Position numbers and translations under genes: made by a program. The notes under the pieces are model-generated. The model did no database searches and was not told the origin of the DNA. It saw only the letters and a list, made by a program, of their open reading frames with translations. Positions 1 through 12,300 of a stretch of 64,000 nucleotides of DNA are shown one piece after another. The DNA is from Stylophora pistillata (lineage: Eukaryota), in contig NW_019217908.1 in assembly GCF_002571385.2 (NCBI RefSeq), forward strand, positions 150,924 through 214,923. The letters run 5' to 3'. The first letter of the stretch is position 1. Each line of letters begins with the position of its first letter.

Positions 1-440
1 TTGGGGAAACCAGTAGAGCTTTTAATACCCGAAAAAAAGAACATTTGAGAAATATCAAAACTGCGGCCAAAGGTTCTGGAATTGCTAATCACGCCTGGTC
101 CAACAACCACGCCATTGACTTTAAAAACGCGTCAGTTATTAACAAAGGCTCTTTTGGAACCAGAGAAACATTAGAAGCGTGGCATACCAGAATGACACCT
201 AACCCAGATAACAATTCTTGCCCGTTACCTGGACAATACAACACTCTTTTTAACAAATATTCAATCATTTATATTCTCATTATTTCGCAGTTCATGTCTT
301 TATTTAAGCTCTCTCATCGCTTGCTTATCATTAATTTTAACCGTCGAAGACTGCATTTCGGGCAGTCGAAAGCTCGTAGTTTTTAGTCATTTTTGCCAGA
401 AATCGTTTTTAAATTTCAACTATGTTTCATCCTGGCTGCG
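1..440 (+). mobile_element. 3' end of a Penelope-like retroelement (GIY-YIG endonuclease C-terminal part plus degenerate hammerhead)
   Basis: The frame from base 3 reads GETSRAFNTRKKEHLRNIKTAAKGSGIANHAWSNNHAIDF...RETLEAWH, matching the YIGET..R..EH / LE region of PLE GIY-YIG endonucleases. It is followed at ~341-375 by CCGTCGAAGACTGC-ATTTCGG-GCAGTCGAAAGCTC, a hammerhead-like core with stem II. Right boundary approximate. Confidence 0.8.
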
Positions 441-648
441 GCCCTTCAATATTTTCAGGTAATTAACTAGTTTGAGACACGAAAGCTAAGATTTAGGGAG
501 GTAAAACCCCTAATGCAAAATCTTTGAATTAACCCCGATTTATCCTTTGCTAACAGACTCACCACGTTATTTGTTTTATTTGTTTGTGTATTCATTTATT
601 TATTTATTCATTTATTTTTTTTCTTTTTTGCAGTTTTAATCTGTAAGT

Positions 649-1620
649 ATGAATAGGACCGTGAAGGAAAGTTCTAGCAACTATGACTTCAATTCTACCC
701 AAGGGACACCAACTATGAATGGCACGATGCCTCTGTCTGAGCAGGTCATGTGGTGTGTAGCTCTCGCATTGGTGGCAGTGGCTATCATCGTTGGCAATTG
801 TATGACCATCGCAGTCTTCACTAAAAGGAAACTTCTACGCATGCGTGCCAACTACTTTCTTGTAACGTTAGCTGTCGCAGACCTCATGGTCGGCACATTT
901 GCAGTTCCAATGTATATCCATCAGTTAATATCCTACTGGAAAAATAATGCTGAAGGGACTTACATTGCGTATAAAGCCGTAGACATTTTCACAGCATTTT
1001 CTTCAATCTTTGCTCTGACAATAATCGCTCTGGAGCGACTGTATGCGGTGATGTGTCCTCTAAGGCATCGTCTAACCTCCAAAAAAGCCTACTACAAACT
1101 CATAGCAGTCGTATGGATTTTGTCTTTGTTGGTAGCTGTGTTGTATTTTATGAACGGATTCAAGGTGTTCAAGTATAAAATTTTTTTCTACTTTGTTATC
1201 TTCTTTATATTCACATCTCTCCTGCTCATTTGTGTGGCATATGTGCTCGTATGGGCGAACGTTTCTTATCATAAAAGAGAGAAACCGAAGCGGGAGAGCA
1301 GATATCAGGAAGAAATCGACCAAATGAAGCGAAGTGCCCAAGAAAAACAACTCGTCACGACCCTTTTAATTATAACACTCGTTTTCGTTTTAACTTGGAT
1401 ACCTTTCTACATTCTTAACATCGTGGTTTTTTTAAATGATGATTGGGAGTCCTCTCACATTCCTTATGAAGTCTTCGCTTTCACTAAGCTATTGCATTAT
1501 AGCAACAGCTTTGCCAATCCAATCGTATACTCCATAAGAATACCAAAATTTACTAGAACCCTTCTTGGATCTCTGCGTCGAAGAAAGACTGCGCTATTCG
1601 AATCACTGCGGTTAAGTTGA
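649..1620 (+). CDS. Class A (rhodopsin-like) GPCR, 323 aa, intronless CDS; orphan, amine/adenosine-receptor-like
   Basis: Seven hydrophobic segments with GN (TM1), LAVAD (TM2), ERL (DRY variant), W in TM4, TWIP (TM6) and NPIVY (TM7). N-terminal N-glycosylation sequons. A polypyrimidine/CAG acceptor at ~615-632 suggests a spliced 5' UTR. Confidence 0.93.
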   Translation: MNRTVKESSSNYDFNSTQGTPTMNGTMPLSEQVMWCVALALVAVAIIVGNCMTIAVFTKRKLLRMRANYFLVTLAVADLMVGTFAVPMYIHQLISYWKNNAEGTYIAYKAVDIFTAFSSIFALTIIALERLYAVMCPLRHRLTSKKAYYKLIAVVWILSLLVAVLYFMNGFKVFKYKIFFYFVIFFIFTSLLLICVAYVLVWANVSYHKREKPKRESRYQEEIDQMKRSAQEKQLVTTLLIITLVFVLTWIPFYILNIVVFLNDDWESSHIPYEVFAFTKLLHYSNSFANPIVYSIRIPKFTRTLLGSLRRRKTALFESLRLS

Positions 1621-2663
1621 TTAGTAGTTTGTTGTGTGACTCTGTGCAAAATGTGTCTGCAATATCTACTCAAGGTTTAGGAAACTTGGGTCATTTGATA
1701 TGTTGTGGGATCTTTATCTTCCTCCCAGACGACCATTCTATTAGATGACTAGCTACCCTCCCAGCGAAGAGGTTGAGCGTCACATTAAAAGAGGTAAACT
1801 CCGTGACCCTAATCAACCACATTCTGCGATTAAATTTACAAGGCCCGACTTTCGCTAGTCGATTAAAGGTGCAACTGCATATTCGAAGTAAACCAGTCTA
1901 GTGCAGAGACCTCAACTGAGTGCCTCAATACTCCTCTATTATAAACAAAGTGCCGGACTGAAACAATTTCATTTTACTTTCAGTTTTCAAAATCGAATCA
2001 TAGCATTATCACCAAAGAAAAACAATTTTTAATTCATATATACAATCTATTGATACATGTGTAGAAGAAAGGAATATGCAGAGAACTGCTTTAAAAGGTT
2101 AGGAATGGACAAAATAATTCCAAGAATTATAACCGATTGTTCATGATAATAAACTAATCTCAGGGATATTGTCCAAAAATTCAATCTCGTTGGTTTAATT
2201 GTGCGTGATTACCTTTAAATTGATAGTATATTGAGAAGTATGTCATGTGGTCTTCCCAATTTCCTCCTAGACCTACCAACTCATGATTTACATTGACAGG
2301 TCCTGATAAGGCAGATTCCAATAAAGCACGTTCTGAAAGCTCACTCTGAGGTACCTTTAGAAAATTCATAAAGGTGCAATATGAAATACTTAATGAAAAG
2401 CAAATGATCGACGATGAGCTCTACACCGATTCCCAGACTTTAACTCTGAACTCAAGCTCAGACTGTGAACACCACAATCAACTCTCCTTGCCTCGTTGGT
2501 CGAACATGGACACTTCCTACTGAATGATTGGCCGCAGGCTTAAATCGTGAAAGGAGAAGTATAATCCAGAAACCATATAGTTTTTATCTCCAACCATAAC
2601 AAGAGTAAAGAAAATGCGATAAAAATTCTACTGTACACCTTCGAAGACAATTTTCGAACGGCT

Positions 2664-2905
2664 CCGCCTCCCAGTTAGCTCAATGGATAGAGCGCTGGAC
2701 TGTTGTTTGGGAGGTCGAGGGTTCGAGCCCTGGCCGGACCAACACTCAAGGTCTTAAAATAACTGAGAAGAATTTGCTACCTTTCTATAACATCAAGAAA
2801 TGGTTAGATATTCGTCTTCTCGGATAGGGGCGAATAAATGGAGGACCCGTCTCCTGCAGGAGGGGTAGGAGACGTTAATTTCCCACGTACGAGATTACTG
2901 TGTGA
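2664..2905 (+). mobile_element. tRNA-derived SINE
   Basis: Box A (TAGCTCAATGG) and box B (GGTTCGAGCCC) in a non-cloverleaf head. The body 2761-2905 recurs at 20462-20615. Confidence 0.75.
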
Positions 2906-3078
2906 TGGATGGGTTGGGTTTAGGTGGATGAACCTAGTAGGGGACTACGTGTCCTATTGTTCTTCCAGCTGTACAATGTACAAATCCCCGGGGTGGGATG
3001 GGTGGGTTGGGTTTAGGTGGATGAACCTAGTAGGGGGCTACCTGTCCTATTGTTCTTCCACCTGTACAATGTACAAAT
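2904..3078. repeat. Tandem duplication, ~93 bp x2
   Basis: GATGG(A/G)TGGGTTGGGTTTAGGTGGATGAACCTAGTAGGGG...CTGTACAATGTACAAATC occurs twice. Confidence 0.85.
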
Positions 3079-4086
3079 CTTTAGAAACGAAACGAAACGA
3101 AATATCTTGAGCTAGCAAATAAAAAACGGGACATCCCTCATAGAACCCGCTACTTTGCTCGACATCACTCGCGTGACTGCGTAGGACCGGCTAAGAAGTC
3201 AGTAATTTTTCTCTGTTAACAGAGACCTTTCCAAGGAGAGAATTTACATTTTATTCTCAAATTTCAAGGCTTACTGCTGATAGAGATGACTCAGTTTTAA
3301 CAAAGACGGTTAGGTCCGTACAATTATTTGGACTTGAGATAAAACACACATCAGTAAAGTTAACAAGGTTACTCGCTGGCGAAGATTATCATCAAAGCCA
3401 CGTACAATTTAAAAATACTTGAAAACTACTTCGTGGTATGTAAGACCATTCCACCTAAAACTTTCACTATCTGTCAGCCAAATACTGGAATTGATAGCAA
3501 GAGGAAATATTGTAAAGGTTCTAGATGTACGAAAATGCGTTCTATAAGCTGTATGGGTCAAACCTATCATGAATGGTACATGTTGAATGGGCAGTTTCTT
3601 TTTCAACGCTACATCGATTAATTGTGAGTTTCTTTTGCTCCAAACTGACCAATGCCGTGATGGAAATTTCTATAAAATGTCCTCGCAATTCAAGGCCAAA
3701 AATGCCTGACTCATGCATTCTAACATCTACGTAATCAAGAAATAGAGCAAAAAGAGTAAACAACCCGCGGTTTTTTTTAACACGTTTTCCTTATGGCATC
3801 TGCACATTATTTAATGATTCTGGGAGCACTCGAAAGTTGCATCAAGTAGTGCCGTTGATGATAAGATAAATTACAAGTTAGAGCAATAATAATAATAAAT
3901 TTATATAGCGCTTATTGCAAGCCTCTAAGCGCCTCACAATGTTTTGCGGGGGACTTAACAAACTTGCTTGCGTCCTTATCCGAGAGTTACAGTTCATTTT
4001 AGTCCATTTTTGTTCAAACATTTTGAACTTGGGCTTAGTAATCAATGCTGTTATGACTAGTATTTCAAAACAAGAAATGCATCTTG

Positions 4087-6337
4087 TTAGACTTTAGTTA
4101 TAACCATGCCGTCAGCTGTTAGTTTCGATGAGTGGGCAGAACTTTCCTGGCTGATATCACTTCCGGCTGCCCCGTGTTCTGACTCGCCGTCATCGTCAAG
4201 ATATGATTCGATTTTAGAATTTGAATCCTAAAGAATAAAGAGAGGAGTAGTCAAAGGTTTGTCCTGGGGATGGGACAAAGTGTCCCTCCAGCTGCTTGAA
4301 GCCCCAAATGGGTGAGAAATATTGCAAATTTTAAGCTAGACGATCGAATAAACCTAGATAGAATCGCAACTGAATAAAATTTTGCATTCTGATTGGTTAA
4401 CGAAGCGAGGTATTTAGCGTGGAATTGCCAGTTGAAAACGAAGATAAGTGAGAGTGTTTTACACCTCTTGTTTCGCGCTCAGGATAGAAAAAAGTAATAT
4501 TGTTGCTTTTTATTCAATTATGCGATTTAAGGAAAATCCATAACCTGACTCGCGAATTCCGCGTTTAACAGCACTTGAAAACCGATATCGCACTTCGTAA
4601 TTTATGCCTCATTATCACTAATGCAATTTATACCTCAATATCACTACAGTGTAATGAGGTAATGAATTTTCCTTTAGTATCGATTTTTCACGGGCGTGCG
4701 ACGAAAAGATAAAAGATGCATTCATTGCATGCTGACCATAATAACAATTGCCTTACGATCGACCACACAGATGATCTGTTGAACGGGAAGAGAATGACAT
4801 TCCATCATTTTCCCTTGGCTGAATTCATTTGTCCATTTTAAAAAAGTTCGCACTTTTAATTAAAGGCACAGTTACCTACCTCATGTAACAACTTTATCTT
4901 TTTAATAGGTTCATATACTAATTTTTGAGTATTTGACTAATTTTCCACTTTACCATTTCAACTTTGTTGATATATCCAAACTAATTTTTGAGGGCTGGTT
5001 TGTTACCTGTGATAAGTAGCAGTCAGCCTCGTCATCCCAAATTCTGTCTTCCAATGAGCTATCCGAAAAAAAAGATGTGTTAACCCTAAAGACTAAGGAG
5101 GGTTGTTGTTCTGTCAAATGCCTATTTTGAGGAAAATTTTTAGAAATTTCGCTAAGATTCCACCAGACCTACAAAGTTCTCCATTAGTACCTGGCAATTT
5201 ACGACATTGAGAATACTTGAAATATCTTAAAACGGCGTCTTGCAATGTATACCGTTTGTGACAAGACAATCGTAAATTACCGTTGAGTAATAAGATAAGT
5301 TCTCGTACACCAGTAAATGAAAAACAACATAATGGATTAAACATTTCAATAACTGTACAAATATTTGACTGAAAATCCGATGCCAACATTGCAGTATCTC
5401 TACTTCGGAACAAATCTGCTCATGAGAAAAAGAGCCAGTTTGGTTCTGACCGATGCATCATGTTCTAAGCCCTCTGTATTTGTCACTCTCGTCTAAGGAA
5501 ACCGTCTTTCAAGGTACAGTTTTCAAGCCATGAGAGTGTACCCTGAATAGAGGTCACACTGTGCTAATTAGTGAATTTCACTGCAAACAACTTACTGTCC
5601 TTTCTTAGTGAGCACATAATCTGAGCCGCTGTACATTCCCGGGTCGCTTCCATATGGATGAGACATCCTGCAACAAAAATATGTTTTTTATGAAAAATTT
5701 AACAAATTCACAACGATAAGCGAGGCAAAAAACATATTACAAGTACCACAGAGGGAACTTTCTCGTATTGTAGTTAGTAAATGATTTGTCCGTTAAGGAC
5801 CAAGATTCAATCAGATATCGGAGAAAGGTAAAGAAGTGAGTAAATGTTAATACAGCTTTCTAATACCTGACAGAAGCTACACTCTTGTCTTCAATAGTAC
5901 CAATGACGTCATCATAATACGACCAGGAACCACTAGAAAATAATTTTTACATTACAGAGTAGCTCTGAACATGAAAAGTTCACGAGATTTGCCAGATCTT
6001 GCTTTTAAGCATGTTCTAATAGGATGAAGATATTTTTTTGAGTATTGCATAATATAAAATAAAAATGAAGTGAAAAAGAAATACCTTATAATGAAGGTTA
6101 TTTTACCCACTTTTTTCGAAGAAGAAGTGAAAAATAAAGCTTCCCAGCAAGGTAGTGAAATAGTTGTTCAGTTGTTTTCTGTGTCAGTATGATCATGCTG
6201 AAAAGAAACGGTTCGGGGGCATGGTCGTATCGAGATACAAAAAATATGTGAGCTCCATTTTAAACACCTACTTGCGATTGGTGGTTCCAAGTTTTCTTCG
6301 TGCTCTTGGCGAGTTATACATTTCACGTTTCTTTACT
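4087..6337 (-). CDS. Cadherin cytoplasmic-tail exons (6272-6337, 5867-5932, 5596-5667, 5007-5058, 4087-4227)
   Basis: Phase-compatible exons translate [34 protein letters not shown]...[34 protein letters not shown]...GMVITKV*. No classical catenin-binding motifs seen. Confidence 0.75.
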
Positions 6338-9300
6338 CTAAGAGACAAAATAGTGGATAACGATTCACTTCAAAAATTAAATGGTCCTTAGGCTGGTATG
6401 CGTAAAAGTAGGAGCGTTACCTCTCATGACGGAGGCACGAGTGAGCGTCAATGAGTTGTTACAATCTAACACAGGGAAACCTTGGTTTTGAGTTTTCTTT
6501 CGACATAAAATAGTTACCTGCAACGAGTCTTTAGGGCAAAACACAGACCAAGTAATAACAGCAGCCCAACAACGGATCCAAGGATGATAAGTGCTAGTTC
6601 AGCGTTACCCAAGCCACCGTCCTCCGTTGGAGATTGTGTGGTGGCAGAGATGGGAGCTCTGATTTTCCACCTGGCGTACAAGGTCTCCAACTGGTCAGGG
6701 TACTTTTCAATAGTGCTAGGGTAGAAAAAAAAGATGCCATGTTTGACAATAGCTTGTCTTTTTTCTTTATGAAAAAGCAATACTTGATTCTAATGTTTTT
6801 TTAAGGTGTCTTAAATAGTGAACGGAAAAAAGGTGGGAAAAGTAGCCGAAAAGTAGGTAGCAGTTCAGCATAGAGTAAATTTGCATAAACCATTCCAAGC
6901 TGTTTAAATTTCTCCAAACAATGAAAAGAATTCGCAGCCCTGTGATTACCAAAAATATGTGTCTAGCGAATGAAAAAAATATAGAAGAGAGAGATAGCTA
7001 AGCCTTAACTTCTTCTTCCCAATAAAAAACGGGTTTTTAGTGACATATCAAACAATTATGAAGGTAAAATATTTACCTCAGTACTTCATCGCTAGTCACG
7101 ATGGTCTGAGTATTAACATCAACAGCGTGAAACAACACTTCAGAGTTAACCATCTGTTTACCATCCGTGTTCTCTGAAAAGACTTTGAATATCGCTTCTA
7201 TGTTCACTTCAGCCTCAGTTATGTTATTCAAAACGCTAAGGAAAGAGCACAAAAAAATTAATAATTATGATAAAAAGAGAGACAGCATTCAGAAACAGTA
7301 GAAGACGGTCCAGTGAAGAGAACACGCATTCCCTTTCCCAGAAAAATGATAGCTTCAAATCTATTCATCTAGAAATTATCATAATGCGCAGAGGTGAAGC
7401 TGGGAGGTTGAAGACTACCTCGTGAAATGAGTTCGCTGAGCTAATCACGACACGTATCGACTCGCCTTTGTTTCATGAACGAATCTACAGATCAGATCAT
7501 ATAAAAGACACAATTCAAATGAAATGAATGGAACGTACAAAAGCGACGGAGACGTAATAAAAAAGAAAGAAATCATGGAGGAAGGAAAGAGGTGCCGAAT
7601 GGTGAAATGGTTGGATTATTCAAGTACGGATTTCTGGAAATTTTTCTTTTTCTGAGGCTTCTACTATTGACATTAGAATGGAAACAGGAAACTAAAACCA
7701 AGTAAGGACATGGGATAATCGACTTGTCACGTGCAAATACAAATAAACCAATGAGAATTATCAATCGGGTAGTCTCTAACCTTATAAATTCCTCTTTGTT
7801 TCGATCAATAAGAGATGGATCAACTTCAGCCTTGAGAGTTACTCGTTGCTCATCAATGAGTACAAATATCTGTAGGAAAGTAAGGACGTGTTGCCGGCAA
7901 TAAATACTAGTTACAAATATCAACAGTTCGTCGAGTATTTTACTTTTACGCAAAATACATATGCCATAGCCGATTGAATGGTTTCGGAATTGTGCTAACA
8001 ACTCATGCACGAGTATGATTATTTGGCCTTAATTCTGAAACGAATTCATTTTCGTTTTAATTTTCGTCCGATTTTACTATTCAAAGTTAAGCGACCTTTT
8101 AGTGTATAACATTTCTCAAATAAATCTCAAGGCACTTGAGAGCCACCATAAATTTGCAAACTTTAAGATTGGTTCTGAAGCCACAAAACAAAAGATGTAA
8201 CCAGAGCCAAATATAGTACCTGGACCGTGGCCTCTCCTTCAGCCTCGTTTGTTGGAGGCTTTCCGTGGTTGTCATGAGCGCTGACTTTAATTTCAAACCG
8301 TTCGCCCTTTTTCCCTCTAAAGTTGCTGGCAGTTGTTATGAATCCAGTGTCTTCGTCTATTTTGAAAAAGCCACCATCGTTACCAGAGGATATCCTATAT
8401 TGCACCGCACTAAAGTTACCAGCGTCTCTATCTGTAGCCTGAAATAATTATAATAACTTATAATTAACTATAATTATAATTCTATGGAGAAGCCAATTTT
8501 GCACATGCTCATAGAAACAGCGCGAGTCCCCTTATTCCATACATACACGGTGGTTTGCGGTAGGTCTTGGTAGAGGGGTGCTGTAATCCCAATAGCACCA
8601 AAATCTTTTATAAAAAGTCAACCTCCTCGAAAAAGGACGGCTGTGTGTCCGTATTCAAAAGTCAATTTTTTCACATGCTTATAGAAACCAGTATAACTCC
8701 ACTTATCCCATACATACGCGATGGTTCGCGGTAGGTCTCGGTCGAAGAGTGCTGTAGTCCCACTAGCACGAAATCTTATATAAAGAGTCATCCTCCTTTA
8801 AAAAGGACGCCTGTGTGTCCGTATTAGAAGAGAATTATCTGGATAAAACACTTGCGGAGGTTGTCGAAAACTAGGATATTTCCTTAGGGTTATTTCTTTT
8901 GCTGGCCTTTGAAATAAAAAACATTTGTAAAACATGGTCTCCTTCTCGTACCTTGACTTTCATTATGTACGTGTTAAAACTTGCAGCTTCTGCAACACCT
9001 AAAAAGACAAATTATTCTATTCATTTTCGCCAATGTTTACTTTCGTAATTGAGCACCGGAAAAAAAGCGGACTACCACTGAGTGAAAAATAAAGTAAAAT
9101 ACAACGGGGGCAATCAAGCAAGGGTACGTTAAATCATGGCTTGTTCCCCCCCCCCCCCATTACATGGCTTACGACTTAGTCGACCACTGTGGGGGGGAAG
9201 GTAAAGTATTCCTCACATTACAGAATTATTCCCGCAGAGTATCGTGAAGATTATATTTAGTTCAATTAGTCGATCTTACCTCCAGTGAAGAGCGGTCTGA

Positions 9301-12300
9301 TAAACCTAGGAGCGTTATCGTTGATATCAAGAATAGCTATCATAAGGGTTGAAGTGTCATACAAATAACCCTCAGCTGCAACCAAAATGGAACATATATC
9401 AAATTTAAAATGATGGTGTTTTAAAATTTTCTCCTAAGATCTTTTTCAGCTTAAATCAGAGAGTAAGTTCGAAAAATTGCTTCAGTCCCTTTGGATAAAT
9501 TTGCATGCTGAAAATTCATCTTGGATTAAGCAATGCGTTATCCTGAAAGTTTTCAATAGAATCTGAAATTTTTCTGTAGTTCCTGTCGTTCGATTCAGCC
9601 AGCTCCACTCCCCCTGTTGATTAGTAATCCAACGCCGTTACGAGAGGAAGAAAAGTAAAGTATACTCCAAACGACAGCGCATACCATCCACATTTCTCTC
9701 CCGTGGTCGACTGGTCTCATTGAAAGCTTTGGTTTCATAGTTATAGGCTCGAACCTCCAGTGTGTATGTAGGATGCCTCTCCCGATCTAGACCCTTGTTC
9801 ACGAACACAGTACCAGTGTCATCAATACGGAAGTCACCTGGACGGAAAAAATTACTATGAGTGGACATAATTATAAGAAAGCGTAAATTTTCTATTTCAT
9901 TAATTTTTCATAGTGCTTTTAATTGGTATCGTTTGGCTGCAAAGTTCAGACACGAAGGTGAGCTTGGAAACAAATCAATAGCTACAGAGAGCAAGACGTC
10001 AACCGTACATAAAAAAAAATCCTTCGAGCTTTACAAGAACCACCTTACCCCGATCATCTCCAACTGTTATCTTGTAAGTTATTTCAGCATTTGATCCCAT
10101 ATCTTGGTCTGTGGCTCTGACCTTGAGAACTGAGCGACCGATGGGAGCCGCCTCAGTGACTGACGCGCTTAGAGATAAATAAGGAGAAAAAAAATAATTG
10201 AAACAGTCTGACCTACAGAATGAGAAAAAACACCATATTGGTTCTGAGTTTTCCAAGTAAGTGGTTTCTATATCATGGCCAGAGTTTCCGATATTTGAGC
10301 GAGAGCGACTATGGTTTTTAATTTTAAACAAAATGTATGTTCATAAATACCTGTAGAACGTTTTGTCGAAATTCGGCTGGTTGTCATTAACGTCATCAAC
10401 GATGACATAAACAGGAACAACAGACGAGAGGGACTGGGGTGATCCAAGGTCCTTTGCTTCTACAATAACCATAAAGTGTCTGTATTCTTCTTCGTCGATG
10501 TTGTTTTTTAACGTCATTATTCCGGAATCTTGATTCATGCCAAACACGTTTGCAGTTATCTCGTCATACAGGATTTTATACAAGACACGACTGTTCGTAC
10601 CCTAGGATGGGAAGGTTATAAAAAGTAAGGGTTACATCGTAATGAAGATACAAACTTTAATTAAGTAATTAAGTTCACCCGATATTTCATTGCTCTTGCT
10701 CTTTATGTAACGAAATGAAGTAGCTTTCAAAATTTGACATTAACCTTGATCCTCTCTGCCACAAAAAAGAACGAAACTTTGACGCTTCGGTCTCCAAAGG
10801 TTACAGATGTATATGGTAATGTTCCTTTAAGAAATTGACAGTTATATAACAGGTAATTCCACTCGATGAACGCTAACTTCACGATCCATTAAAAAAAAAA
10901 AATGCTGTCAAATTGTTCAGCTCTGTTTTCTTCAGATAAGGGACTATAAGTTTAGTGCCAAACGTTTCCCTTAAGTGATTTGACACTGTATTACCTTCGT
11001 ATCTGGTACATTAATTGAAAGAACACCGTATAAAAGGGACACTTTTTTAGTCCCACTTCATTGGTAACATCGAACGGAAACCTCTGTATGGGAGACAACT
11101 ATTCTAGTGCCTCCCAGGAACAAATTCAAACTGAACCCCAGTCTCTCATGAGGCTGCATCAAGCACAATTCGCCTAAATAGCCAGATATGTGACTTTACT
11201 AACCAGATCTTTGTCCTGAGCGGACACTTTCACAATAGACGTCCCAGCTTTGGCTCCCTCGGAGACTGTCTCGTTGTAGCTTGGAACACTAAAACGAGGT
11301 GCTTCGTCATTAGTGTCCAGGACATTGACTCTCACTATTGTCCCACTGCTCAGGGGTGGACTGGATGCAACATTGGTGGCAGCCACTGAAAGATCGTAGT
11401 GCGTAATTCTTTCGCGGTCCTAAATGCAAAACACCAAACGACATGTGCATATTTTGAAAATGGTAATTTGGTTTTATCAACTGAATTAATAATGTAAATT
11501 GGCTACCATAAAGGTTTAAAAGCAGACGTTTCGAGCGTCAGCCTTTCATCAGAGCGAATTCAACTCAGTTGATAAAACCAATTACCTTGTTACCCCCAGC
11601 GACGCAGCACCTCAGTTTCTTTAGAAACTTACCCCCTTTATCATATTTTGAAAAAAACAATTTAAAACGAATCGACAAGGAAATACTAGCTACTTACCAA
11701 TGGCTTTCTCGTAAAGATTCTTCCGCTAGCTCCGTCGATTTCAAAACAGTTCTCAGAATCCCCCCCTGGTGATGGAATACAGAATAGAATACGCATTAGT
11801 TTATTAAGAAGTAGGAAATACAGATTTCTACCATGAATGTTTGCGACATCCGTACGAAGCATAATGAAGGTATACGACAGTTAACTTGTCAAGTTAATAA
11901 CAATATTGATAATAATAATAATAATGATAAACAACTCGATGGATGGCACTCGAGGTGATTCGAATGATGTACTTATTTGTAACATGGACAACGCGTGGAA
12001 ATGAGAAGGCGACTTCGCATGTATACCTTGTCAAGTTAATAACAATTATGATAATAATAAAATAATAATAAGAATAATGATAAAAAACTTGATAGATGGT
12101 ACACAAGATGATTCGAATGATGAGCTAATTTGCAACAGGGACAACGCGTGGAAATGAGAAGGCGACTTCGCATGTATACTGAAACCGCGCTTTTTTGTTT
12201 CGTTCGTGCTTATTGACTGTCAAATATTTAAGTGTTCATCTGAAACACTCGAGAAAGCCAAAGCTCGAGCGAGACCGTGAAGCGCAACATGATGCAGTCG

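Noticed and set aside
3433-3621. Small Cys-rich ORF on the + strand
   Set aside because: Non-ATG start, no signal peptide, no known motif; probably cadherin 3' UTR or intergenic sequence.
5404-5542. Extra cytoplasmic-tail exon
   Set aside because: All frames hit stops quickly, and exon 5596-5667 joins 5007-5058 in phase without it. An alternative short terminal exon cannot be excluded.
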